The notes below the pieces were generated by a model. It was given only the letters and a program-made list of their open reading frames with translations, made no database searches and was not told the DNA's origin. 60,834 bases of DNA, taken from Thermoplasmata archaeon (lineage in GTDB: Archaea > Thermoplasmatota > Thermoplasmata > Lutacidiplasmatales > UBA184). The stretch spans positions 1 through 60,834 of the forward strand of contig JASHQN010000098.1 in assembly GCA_030039135.1 (NCBI GenBank), read 5' to 3'. Position 1 is the first letter of the stretch. Each line of letters opens with the position of its first letter. Below are positions 42,783 to 51,402 of this stretch, one piece after another. The position numbers and the translations under genes were made by a program.

Positions 42783-42867
42783 TGCAGGGGGTGAGATTTG
42801 AACTCACGAACTCCTACGAGACCAGGACCTCAACCTGGCGCCTTTGACCAAGCTGGGCCACCCCTGC
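42783..42867 (-). tRNA. tRNA-Leu (anticodon GAG)
   Basis: Minus-strand cloverleaf: GCAGGGG TG GCCCAGCTTGGTCAAAGGC G CCAGG TTGAGGT CCTGG TCTCGTAGGAGTTC GTGAG TTCAAAT CTCAC CCCCTGC A. The long variable arm is typical of Leu. Hand-folded; 85 nt. Confidence 0.9.
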
Positions 42868-42989
42868 ACGGCCCACCGCGCGTACGGTGCGGGCGCGATA
42901 ACCTTTGCGAACGCGTTCCCTCGCCGAAAGAACGCACGGTCGACGGCGGGCAAAACGCCTTTCTACCAAGGCGCCGTCGCCGCCCGCCC

Positions 42990-43364
42990 ATGGCTGAACC
43001 GGCTCGGGAGGGGCCCGAAGCAGCCGGTGCCACGGTCTTCATCGGCCTCAAGCCGACGATGACGTACGTCTTCCAGGTCGTCTCTCAGCTCCACTCGGGG
43101 GCGGGGCCGGTCGTCGTGAAGGCCCGCGGCCACGCGATCGCGAAGGCGGTCGACGTCGTCGAGGTGGTCCGCCGTCGATTCCTCGAGGGCCAGGTCGAGG
43201 TCGGGCGGATCCTCATCGCGACCGAGCGCCTCGTCAACAAGGACGGCCGGGACGCGAACGTCTCGTCGATCGCGATCCCGCTCACCCGGGTGGGGGGACC
43301 GCCGGCGCCGTCGGGACCGTCGGCGTCGGGGACGGCGGGGCCCGCACGGCGAGGACCGGGGTAG
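42990..43364 (+). CDS. albA: Alba DNA/RNA-binding chromatin protein
   Basis: VFIGLKPTMTYVFQVV...VVVKARGHAIAKAVDVVEVVRRRF...ERLVNKDGRDANVSSIAIPL matches the Sso10b/Alba pattern. It has short N- and C-terminal low-complexity extensions. Confidence 0.88.
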   Translation: MAEPAREGPEAAGATVFIGLKPTMTYVFQVVSQLHSGAGPVVVKARGHAIAKAVDVVEVVRRRFLEGQVEVGRILIATERLVNKDGRDANVSSIAIPLTRVGGPPAPSGPSASGTAGPARRGPG

Positions 43365-45114
43365 CCGCTCGGACGACCCAGGTACCGGCCACGAGGTCGC
43401 CGAACCGCTGGCGCTCGGGGGTCACCGCGATCAGCGCCACCGCGATCAGGCCGAGCAACCCCACGCCGCCGAGGACGAACCCGAAGATCGCGAGGAACTC
43501 GAAGAAACCGGCCGATAGCGGGATCCCGCCCAGCAGAGCGAGGGTCGCCCCGCCCGACTTGAGCAAGACGAGCACCCCAACCGCGAGCCCGAGCCCGACG
43601 AGCGTTAGGGTCGGGAGCTTCGAGGCGTTCCGCACGAGGCTCGATAGAAACGTCGGCCGGGCGAGGTGCCGGTCGCGCACGGAGAGGCCGAGGAGCCGCT
43701 TGCCGACCGTCGCCCCGCCCAGAGTCTCGGTCAGCGCGAAGTACAGGAAGGCGAGCGCGGCGTAGCCGTAGATCGCGGCGTTGAAGCCGATGTTCGCGGC
43801 CACGGTGTCGAGGGAGCCCGGTATCGCGAGCACGAGCGCTGCCCAGAGGGCCACCGCGGGAGCGGTGACCGCCGCGAGGTCGATGCCGAAGGCGGCGATC
43901 CGAGCGTTGACGGATCCGAAGCGGCGCAGCCCCAGCTCCCGACCGATCAGGACGAGCCACCGGGCCGTGAGGTAGGCGCGGAACCCTTCCTTCCCGTCGG
44001 ACGGTCCCCAGCGGGCCGCCGAGTCGAGGTTCGCTTGGTCGCTGACGACCCATCCCGGAACTGGGAGACCCTGCCAGGGCCGATCGGGCGACGCTTCGGG
44101 CAGTCCAAGAAGATGATGCGCCTGCGCCGCAGCCTCGCGGCCGGCGGCGGCCGACCCCGCGATGGCCATCGGGATCTCCCCACCGACGCCGGCGCGGTAC
44201 GCTCCCGCGAGACGGCCGACCGGTGTCGGGGCCACCTCGGGGGCCGGGCCGGCGAGAACGTGGTCGCGGCCGACGAGGCGGTGGGCGACGTACGCGCTCC
44301 CAAACGCCAGCAGACCCGATAGGTAGACGAGATCGAAAATCCCGGCGCCTCCGATCGCGTAGAGCCCCGCTGGCCCGCTCCCGTAGAGCGGGGGCTGTCG
44401 GAGCACATCGGCTCCGACCAGTACCCCCACGGTCGCGGCGAGGTACGCCGACGGAAGCGCGAGCGCCTCGAAGCCGCGGAACGCGGGACCGGCGATCGCG
44501 ACCGCGATGAGCCCGACCATGATCGGGCCGAGAAGGTACGCGGGAAACCCTTCCTCGATCCCGACCCCGGGAATGGCCATCGACGAGGCAAACGTCACGA
44601 CCGTCACTCCGGATGCGAGACCCAGGAGGACCGAGATACGGCCCAGGCCGACCTCAGCACGCCCGATCGAGACGAGGGCGACGACCGTCGGAACCGCCGC
44701 CGCGACGCCGACAACCGCGAGGAGCTGGGGCACGGGGGCGCGAATCGCGATGACGACCAGAAGGAGGACGGCGGTCTCCACGACCAGACAAAGGACGAAC
44801 GTCGGGATCCCCCGGCGGCCGGGAGGGGCGATGCGGGCGAGAACCAGGCCGACCACGAGGAGCGGGAAGAGCGCCCCGGCGAAGCTGATCGAGAGCCAGT
44901 CGTTCGAGATCGGAGCGATCGGCAGGAGCACGAGGGTCGCGAGGAGCGCTCCGGGAACCAGGAGCCAGAACGTCCGTCGACCGAGCCCGAGGCTTTCGGC
45001 AAACGGTCCGTGCTCCCACGCCACGAGGTAGAGGAGCGCCCAGAGCGCGACCGGCAGCGCGAGCAACGCCACGGTCCCGAGGATGTCGTTGGCGAGGTCG
45101 AGCGGATCGATCAC
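43282..45114 (-). CDS. Polytopic membrane protein: DUF1614-like N-terminal half fused to RDD-domain C-terminal half
   Basis: More than 12 hydrophobic segments. The N-half carries YAIGGAGIFDLVYLSG (my recollection of the DUF1614 pattern; moderate certainty). The C-half carries TLGGATVGKRLLGLSVRD (RDD family). Its 3' end overlaps albA by 83 nt. Confidence 0.75.
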   Translation of the reverse strand: MIDPLDLANDILGTVALLALPVALWALLYLVAWEHGPFAESLGLGRRTFWLLVPGALLATLVLLPIAPISNDWLSISFAGALFPLLVVGLVLARIAPPGRRGIPTFVLCLVVETAVLLLVVIAIRAPVPQLLAVVGVAAAVPTVVALVSIGRAEVGLGRISVLLGLASGVTVVTFASSMAIPGVGIEEGFPAYLLGPIMVGLIAVAIAGPAFRGFEALALPSAYLAATVGVLVGADVLRQPPLYGSGPAGLYAIGGAGIFDLVYLSGLLAFGSAYVAHRLVGRDHVLAGPAPEVAPTPVGRLAGAYRAGVGGEIPMAIAGSAAAGREAAAQAHHLLGLPEASPDRPWQGLPVPGWVVSDQANLDSAARWGPSDGKEGFRAYLTARWLVLIGRELGLRRFGSVNARIAAFGIDLAAVTAPAVALWAALVLAIPGSLDTVAANIGFNAAIYGYAALAFLYFALTETLGGATVGKRLLGLSVRDRHLARPTFLSSLVRNASKLPTLTLVGLGLAVGVLVLLKSGGATLALLGGIPLSAGFFEFLAIFGFVLGGVGLLGLIAVALIAVTPERQRFGDLVAGTWVVRAATPVLAVRAPPSPTPTVPTAPAVPPPG

Positions 45115-45318
45115 GAAGCACCCCTCGAGCGCGGGCGGCGCGCGGAGAGGCGTCGCCGAGTAAATGATTTCGGTACCGTGTCGTCCCCGCCGCTACTCCC
45201 GGGCCGGTCGGCCCGCTCGTCCGTGCTACCGGTCGGCGGACGCGAAGGGTCGGCCACCGCCGCCCTCGGCGCGCCGGCAGCGTTAAGGGCCCAGCGCACC
45301 GTCCGCCGGGCGGGGTTC

Positions 45319-46074
45319 ATGCCCACGCTGGAAGAGGCCGCGGTCTCGCTCGGCAACCCGTCGTCGGAGGAGTTCCGCCGCGCGGCCGAAGTCCTCGAGA
45401 AGGTCGGGCTCACCCAGTACGAGGCGCGGGCCTACATCGCGCTCGTGGCGCGGGGCGTCGGGGACGCCGCGACGCTCGCTACCGCCGCCGGCATCCCCCG
45501 GACGAGCGCCTACAAGGTGCTCGAATCCCTCGCGGCGAAGGGGTACGCTCAGCCGACCGGAGGGAAACCCATCCTGTTCCGGCCGGCGCCCCCGTTGGAG
45601 GTTGCCGATCAGCTCAAGGGAGCGATCCAAGAGGTCTTCGAAAAGCTGGCGCACCTGCATCGGGCGGTCGCCGAGCACGGCGAGCCCCAGCTCGTCTACC
45701 TCCTCTCGGGCCACGACAAGGTCCTGCAGAAGATCGGGGAACTCCTTGACCAGTCGACGGAGACGTTCATCCTCACGACCCCTCAGGTCGCTGAATTGCG
45801 CGACGAGCTCGGCAAGAAGATCCAGCATGCGGTGAAGCGCGGGGTCCGCGTGACGTTCGTGACGGCGCCCCTCCAGCGCGTGCCCGACGGGGTCGAGTTC
45901 GTTCCGCGCGAGAACCTCCTCGCGACCGAGGTCCTCGCCGATGGGGCCCACGCGCTGCTGGCCGCCCCGGGCCTCGACGCATGTGGGTTCACCGACAACC
46001 CGATCCTCACGGCCCACCTCAAGCAGTTCCTCGAAGTGATCCTCGAGGCCGCGCCGCCGCACGCCGCCCCCTGA
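45319..46074 (+). CDS. TrmB-family transcriptional regulator
   Basis: LEKVGLTQYEARAYIALVARGVGDAATLATAAGIPRTSAYKVLESLAAKGY (TrmB wHTH), plus a C-terminal effector-type domain. Confidence 0.85.
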   Translation: MPTLEEAAVSLGNPSSEEFRRAAEVLEKVGLTQYEARAYIALVARGVGDAATLATAAGIPRTSAYKVLESLAAKGYAQPTGGKPILFRPAPPLEVADQLKGAIQEVFEKLAHLHRAVAEHGEPQLVYLLSGHDKVLQKIGELLDQSTETFILTTPQVAELRDELGKKIQHAVKRGVRVTFVTAPLQRVPDGVEFVPRENLLATEVLADGAHALLAAPGLDACGFTDNPILTAHLKQFLEVILEAAPPHAAP

Positions 46075-46084
46075 CCGTGCGTCC

Positions 46085-46957
46085 ATGGCGGGGAACGGAA
46101 GACCCCATCGGCTCGCCCCCGCCGAGCGCGTACGCGCCCGCATCCGTCCGATCACCGGAGCCGCGCTCGCCGAGGCCATGCCGTCGGGGTACCAGCGACT
46201 CGGTCGCGTACTCTTGCTGCGGCTACCGGCGAGCTACCGTCCGTACTTCGGCCCGATCGGACGATCCTGGCAGGAGACGCTCGGCGTCGCCACGGTCCTG
46301 ACCCAGGTCGGGCCGGTCTCGGGCGAGCTCCGCACGCCGACCGTCGAGCGGATCGCCGGCTCGGAGACCGAGACGGAGGTGGTCGAGCACGGGATCCGCT
46401 GGCGGTTCGACGCGGCGCGCATCATGTTCGCGGCGGGGAACCGGACCGAGCGCGATCGCGTGCGGCACCTCGTACGCCCCGGCGAGCGCGTGGTGGACCT
46501 GTTCGCCGGGATCGGCTACTTCGCGATCCCTGCCGCGCGCTCCGGACCCGGAACCCGGGTCGTTGCCGTCGAGAAGAATCCGGTCGCGTTTCGGTATCTC
46601 GTGGGCAACGCTCGACGCAACCACGTCGCCGAGCAGGTCGACTGTCGGCTGGGGGAGAACCGTTCGGTCGCGCTCCCCTCGGGCGAGGCCGATCGAGTGT
46701 TCCTCGGGTACCTGCCCGACGCCACCCCGTGGGTCCCGCGCGCGCTCGAGCTCCTCTCGCCCGACGGCGGGTGGATCCACGTCCACACGGTCGCGGACGC
46801 CCGCGGGGCGCCCTCGAACGCCGTGGCCCCCGTGGCCTCCGCGCTCCGTGGCGCCGGGGCTCGCGCGACCGGTCCGCTGCGCGCGCGAAAGGTCAAACCG
46901 TACGGGCCCGGCCGGACGCACGTCGTCGTCGATGCACACGTCGTCCCGCGGGGCTAG
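46085..46957 (+). CDS. Trm5/Taw2(TYW2)-family SAM-dependent tRNA-modifying enzyme (Taw2-like)
   Basis: RIMFAAGNRTERDR, SAM motif VVDLFAGIGYFAIPAA and ADRVFLGYLP...GGWIHVHTV. The size (290 aa) and the GY motif resemble Taw2 more than Trm5. Confidence 0.85.
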   Translation: MAGNGRPHRLAPAERVRARIRPITGAALAEAMPSGYQRLGRVLLLRLPASYRPYFGPIGRSWQETLGVATVLTQVGPVSGELRTPTVERIAGSETETEVVEHGIRWRFDAARIMFAAGNRTERDRVRHLVRPGERVVDLFAGIGYFAIPAARSGPGTRVVAVEKNPVAFRYLVGNARRNHVAEQVDCRLGENRSVALPSGEADRVFLGYLPDATPWVPRALELLSPDGGWIHVHTVADARGAPSNAVAPVASALRGAGARATGPLRARKVKPYGPGRTHVVVDAHVVPRG

Positions 46958-48075
46958 GCGGGCGGGGCGGTCGCGGGAGGGGCCACGGCGCGCACCGACT
47001 CCGGGAAGGCCGCCACGAATCGGTCGATGTCGGTCCTCGGGTTGGAGAACGACACCCGGACGAACCGCCGTCCGTGGGTCGGGCTGAGGTAAGTGCCCGC
47101 GCGCACGAAGACGCCGTGGCGGCGGAGTAGATCCTCCTGGAGCGCCTCGGGGGAGACGCCGAGCGCCCCGACGTCGATGACCATCATGTTCGCCCGGGAC
47201 GGGTACACCGGCAGGGTGGTCCCCTCGACGCTGGCGACGGTCGCACGGATCCGCGCGCCGTTCTCTTGCGTCTGGCGGCGCACCTCGCCGAACCACTGGG
47301 ATTTCGTCCGGAGCGTCGCGATCGCCGCCACCTGAGCGAGGACATTGACGCCGAGGTCGTTCGTGTTGAACCGACCGATCGTCCGCACGTGCTCGGGACG
47401 AGCGAGGAACCCTCCGATGCGCAGCCCTGCGAGGCCGCAGTTCTTCGACACCGACCACACGGTGATGGTCTCCTCGGGGGCGAACTCGGCGGCCAGCGCG
47501 TGACCCTCGGAGAAGTCCCGGTACGTCACGTCGTTGAGGAGCCAGAGGTGCCGGTCGTGGGCGATCTCGGCGATCGCTCGCACGTCGTCCCTCGGGTAGC
47601 CGGATCCGAGCGGGTTCAGCGGGTCGATGAGAAGGATCATCCGGGTCCGAGGGCCGATCGCCTCCGAGATCCGTTCGGGGGTGAGTCGGTACGGGGGCGC
47701 GTAGATGTCGAGGTTCCGGGTCCGGGCTCCCGAGAGCTCGACGAACCGGTGGATGATGAGGTAGCTCGGGTCCGAGGCGATCACCTCGTCGCCGGGCGAG
47801 AGGAGCGCTCGGGCGATCATGTAGAGCGACTCCGTGCCGCCGGCCGAGAGGAACGGCGCGACGTCCTTCAGGCCGATGTCCCGAACGACGAGGTCGAGCA
47901 GCTCGGGATCCCCCGGCGCATACGGGTAGCCCTCGTACCGTCGCTCTTGGATCGCCGCGTCGAGCGCGCTCCGGACGATCTCGGGCGGGACGAGGTGATT
48001 GGTGTTCTGGGAGAGCCAGGCGATCTCGCGGCGGTGCGCGTGCGCGTAGCGGAAGGTGTCGAACGGTGCGGCCAT
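46954..48075 (-). CDS. Class I/II PLP-dependent aminotransferase
   Basis: GYPYAPGDPELL, GGTESLYM, DPSY, NPLG, NDVTYRDF and the PLP-lysine region SVSKNCGLAGLRIGG. Confidence 0.9.
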   Translation of the reverse strand: MAAPFDTFRYAHAHRREIAWLSQNTNHLVPPEIVRSALDAAIQERRYEGYPYAPGDPELLDLVVRDIGLKDVAPFLSAGGTESLYMIARALLSPGDEVIASDPSYLIIHRFVELSGARTRNLDIYAPPYRLTPERISEAIGPRTRMILLIDPLNPLGSGYPRDDVRAIAEIAHDRHLWLLNDVTYRDFSEGHALAAEFAPEETITVWSVSKNCGLAGLRIGGFLARPEHVRTIGRFNTNDLGVNVLAQVAAIATLRTKSQWFGEVRRQTQENGARIRATVASVEGTTLPVYPSRANMMVIDVGALGVSPEALQEDLLRRHGVFVRAGTYLSPTHGRRFVRVSFSNPRTDIDRFVAAFPESVRAVAPPATAPPA

Positions 48076-48105
48076 CGTTCGCTGCGGCCACCGGACCCCG
48101 CCGCC

Positions 48106-48900
48106 TTAACGGCTGCGGGCGGCCGGTGGCCCGGCCTCCGCGAGGAAGGTCGTCACGATCCCGAGCGACTGGGTGTCCGCCTCGGTCCGGGCGAACCCCG
48201 CGCGTTCGAGCGCGGCGAGGAAGGCGGGCCTCGGCGGTAGCGAGCGCAGCGATTCCGGTAGGTAGCGGTACGGTCCCGCGCTGTCCACCGCCGCGCCGAG
48301 CCACGGAACGACGTGATCGAAGTAGGCGTGGAAAACGGCACCGAACGTGGGCGACGACGGCTCGGTGATCTCGAGCACGAGGAGCGTGCCCTGCGCTCGC
48401 AGCACGCGCCGCATCTCGGTGAGCGCCGCGTCGAGATCGACGAGGTTGCGCGCGAGGAACGCGTTCGTGACGAGATCGAAGGAACCGTCCGCGAACGGCA
48501 GCCGCATCGCGGTACCCCGACCGTAGCCGATCCGCGGGGACCCCGGGCCACGGGGAGTCCGCCGCGCGGCGACCCGCAGCATCGCGGCGGTGAAATCGAC
48601 GCCCACCACCCGCGAGCCCGGGTAATGGCGCGCCGCGAGCCGGGTCAACTCCCCGGTACCGCATCCGACGTCGAGGATCCGCTCGACCGGCCGCGCCGAG
48701 CGGAATCGGTCGAGCGCCCAGAGCGCCCTCGGTCGCCAGACGAGATCGCTGCCGACCGACGCGAGGTGATCGAACCACTCGTAGCGCTGGGCGATGTGGG
48801 TGAACATCCGGCGGACGTCGCGCTCGAAGTCCGGCGCCCCTCGTTCCGGCCGCGGGGAGCCGTCCCTCGCCGGCCGCCGCCTCGACGTGTCCTCCGGCAT
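48106..48900 (-). CDS. ubiE: UbiE/MenG-family (demethyl)menaquinone/ubiquinone C-methyltransferase
   Basis: VRRMFTHIAQRYEWFDHLASVGSDLVWR, SAM motif ILDVGCGTGELT, and NAFLARNLVD. Confidence 0.88.
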   Translation of the reverse strand: MPEDTSRRRPARDGSPRPERGAPDFERDVRRMFTHIAQRYEWFDHLASVGSDLVWRPRALWALDRFRSARPVERILDVGCGTGELTRLAARHYPGSRVVGVDFTAAMLRVAARRTPRGPGSPRIGYGRGTAMRLPFADGSFDLVTNAFLARNLVDLDAALTEMRRVLRAQGTLLVLEITEPSSPTFGAVFHAYFDHVVPWLGAAVDSAGPYRYLPESLRSLPPRPAFLAALERAGFARTEADTQSLGIVTTFLAEAGPPAARSR

Positions 48901-48924
48901 CGGCGGAGGAGCGGTTCCGCCGAC

Positions 48925-51357
48925 TTAACTCGGCGGGTTCGGCTCCGATCCGAGCGCCGATTCAAGCTGGGCGACGCGGCCCGCGAGGTCCGTGCGGTGC
49001 CGGTCGATCCCGCTCTCCCGGGCCGCGGCGAGTCGAGCGCGGGCGGTCCCATCGTCGCCCCGGGCGTGGGCGACGTGGGCGAGCCGGAACAGCATCTCGC
49101 AGACCTCGGGCTCCGCCTTGAGCTCCCGTGCCTGCCGCAGGGCATCCTCGAAATGGGACGCCGCGGCCTCGAAGTCCTTCTCGGTCTCCGCGAGGAGACC
49201 GCGGGCGAGCGCGAGCTGTTCGGAGCCGAGGCGGTCGCCGAGCGGCACGAGGAACTTCGCGGCGCGCTCGAGCGCCGGGCGCGCGCGCTCCGGGTTACCG
49301 AGCTCCGCCTGGATCTGGGCGACGTTGAGGTAGCAGTAGCCGATCCAGATCGGTGACTTCGATCGCTCGGCCGCCTCGATCGCGAGATCGAGCCCCTCGA
49401 GGGCGTCGCTCGAGCGACCGGCCGAGTGCAGGAGCACGGCCCGGTTCATCAGGACGCGCGCCCGGGCGGAGAGGTCCTGGCCGGTCCCGAACAGCTCGGC
49501 GGCGCGTTCGTAGAGGGCGAGCGCGGGCTGGAACCGATCCGGTCCGCCGAGGACCATCGCGTTGGCGACGTCCACCAGCGCGTGCCCCTGTTCGATCGGG
49601 GTCCCCTCGCGCTCGGCAACGTCGAGAGCAAGGCGCAGATGCATCTCGGCGTCGGGGAGCTGCCCGAGCCGCCAGTAGACGACCCCGAGGACGCGGTGCG
49701 CGGTCATGAGCTCGCGCGGGCTACCCAGACGTTCGAGGCGGACGTACGCCTCCCGGGCGAGCGCCTCCGCCGACGCGAACTCGCTCTGGTCCTGCCGAGT
49801 CTGGGCGAGCGCGAGCAACGCGCGACCCAGTTCGGCGTCGAGCTCGGGCTGGGTCCGGGCGAGCGCGACCGACTCCGCGAGCACCGTCTCCGAATGGCGG
49901 AGATCGCCGAGCTCGTCGAGCGCGCGGCCGAGCTCGTTCAACAGGTGGATCTCTCGTCCAACGCTATGGTCGGGACGGCGCCGCTCGGCCTCGAGCGCCC
50001 GTTCGAAGTGGGGGACCGCCGTCTCGAACGAGAACGTCTTCGCAGCCGTCAGGGCCGCGCGGGCGTTGTACTCCGCCGCCTTCGCGTCGTCCCGCCCGAG
50101 ATAGAACTGCCGAGCGAGCTCGAAGTCGCTCGAGAGGCGGCGCTCCTCCAGCGCCCGGGCGACCCGGCGATGGAGGATCCGACGGCGGGTCTCGGTGAGG
50201 TCCGCGTAGACCCCGGCCCGTACCCCTTCGGTCGCGAACTCGAAGACCTCACCGCCCCGTTCCCGAAGGAGGCCGTCCTGGACGAGCCGGTCGAGGATCT
50301 CCGTCAGCCGCTCCTCGCTCGTCTCGGCGATCGCGGCGAGCGTCGCGAAGGCGAACTCCCTCCCGAGGAGGCTTGCGTACGTGAGGACCCGGTGCTCCGC
50401 TTCCCCGAGCGTTCGCGCGCGGGCGAGGAAGACGTCGTTGAGATCGGCCGGTCCACCGCTGGGAAGCGGCGCCGCTCGAGGGCCGAGCCCCGTGGTCGGC
50501 CGCACCAGTTGCTCGACGAAGAGTGGGTTACCATCGGTCTGAGCGTGCCAGCGGAGCACGTCGGCCGGATCCGCAGCGATCCCGCGACGGAGCCATCGAG
50601 CGAACTCCGCCACTTCCGGGATCGAGAGGGGGCCGAGCGGCACGGTTCGGACCGAGGAGGAGCGGGAGATCGACTCGAGCGGCTCGCGAGCGGCGAGGGG
50701 GATCCGGCTGGCCGAGGCGACGGTCGCGACGATCGCGAGCGGACGCTCGTCGATCTTCGTCATGAACCGACCGAGGAACTCGAGCGACGACGGATCGGCG
50801 AAGTGGAGATCGTCGATCGCGACGAGCAACGGCCCCGAGCGGGCCAGGTCGAACAGGTACTGGGCGAGTCGGCCGAATAGCTCGTCCCGACTGGTTCCGA
50901 TCCACTCGCCGGGGCTGTCGAGGGGGGCGAGGAGCGCCTTGAGGTCCTCGGATTCGGGACCGACCGGGGCGACCCGGTCGGCGCCGGGGCCCTCCGTGGC
51001 TCCTTCGGCGTACGGAGCCAGGAGGATCGGCAGGCCGGTGTCGGCGATGTCGTCGGCCTCACCGCGGAAGTCCGCACTGCTGGCGGAGGCGAGGAGGTCC
51101 CGGACGAGCGAGAACGGTTGCGGGATCTCCTGGGGGAGCGCGCGGCCGGTGAGGGTCCGGAATTCGAGCTCGCGCGCCCGCGCCACGGTCGCGCGGAGGA
51201 ACAGGCTCTTGCCCGAGCCATCCTCGCCCCGAATGAGGAGACCTTCCCCGGCCCCGGTCCGCGCCCGGTCGAGCGTGCGGTCGATCTCGGCCAGGACGTC
51301 GGCCCGACCGAAGATGGGCGCAACCGGGGGCCCTCGAGGCGCCTCCTTGGCCGCCAC
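48925..51357 (-). CDS. STAND-type P-loop ATPase (AAA_16-like) - winged helix - TPR array protein
   Basis: FGRADVLAEIDRTL...LLIRGEDGSGKSLF (Walker A), LLVAIDDLHFADPSS (Walker B), GNPLFVEQL, then a wH-like region and more than 8 TPR-like repeats. No recognisable effector or DNA-binding output domain. Confidence 0.8.
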   Translation of the reverse strand: MAAKEAPRGPPVAPIFGRADVLAEIDRTLDRARTGAGEGLLIRGEDGSGKSLFLRATVARARELEFRTLTGRALPQEIPQPFSLVRDLLASASSADFRGEADDIADTGLPILLAPYAEGATEGPGADRVAPVGPESEDLKALLAPLDSPGEWIGTSRDELFGRLAQYLFDLARSGPLLVAIDDLHFADPSSLEFLGRFMTKIDERPLAIVATVASASRIPLAAREPLESISRSSSVRTVPLGPLSIPEVAEFARWLRRGIAADPADVLRWHAQTDGNPLFVEQLVRPTTGLGPRAAPLPSGGPADLNDVFLARARTLGEAEHRVLTYASLLGREFAFATLAAIAETSEERLTEILDRLVQDGLLRERGGEVFEFATEGVRAGVYADLTETRRRILHRRVARALEERRLSSDFELARQFYLGRDDAKAAEYNARAALTAAKTFSFETAVPHFERALEAERRRPDHSVGREIHLLNELGRALDELGDLRHSETVLAESVALARTQPELDAELGRALLALAQTRQDQSEFASAEALAREAYVRLERLGSPRELMTAHRVLGVVYWRLGQLPDAEMHLRLALDVAEREGTPIEQGHALVDVANAMVLGGPDRFQPALALYERAAELFGTGQDLSARARVLMNRAVLLHSAGRSSDALEGLDLAIEAAERSKSPIWIGYCYLNVAQIQAELGNPERARPALERAAKFLVPLGDRLGSEQLALARGLLAETEKDFEAAASHFEDALRQARELKAEPEVCEMLFRLAHVAHARGDDGTARARLAAARESGIDRHRTDLAGRVAQLESALGSEPNPPS

Positions 51358-51381
51358 GGGGTATTTAGACGGTTCCCGAGG

Positions 51382-51389
51382 TAGATAAC
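51382..51389 (-). promoter_or_regulatory. AT-rich box (minus sense GTTATCTA) upstream of the STAND ATPase gene
   Basis: Centred about 29 nt upstream of ATG 51357, inside the 45-nt gap. The same 8-mer occurs at 53068..53075 on the plus strand upstream of 53099. Confidence 0.35.
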
Positions 51390-51402
51390 GGAATCCGCGA
51401 GC

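Noticed and set aside
42766-42807. GTG-initiated N-terminal extension (MSSNLTPCIPSERT) of the zinc-ribbon/coiled-coil ORF
   Set aside because: These codons are the T-arm and acceptor 3' strand of tRNA-Leu. The internal ATG 42765 is the plausible start.
46223-48778. 851-aa minus-strand ORF (and 47266..48240 plus, 48313..49356 plus)
   Set aside because: They overlap the Taw2-like, aminotransferase and ubiE genes in wrong frames or antisense. The translations are Arg/Pro/Gly-rich with no domains.
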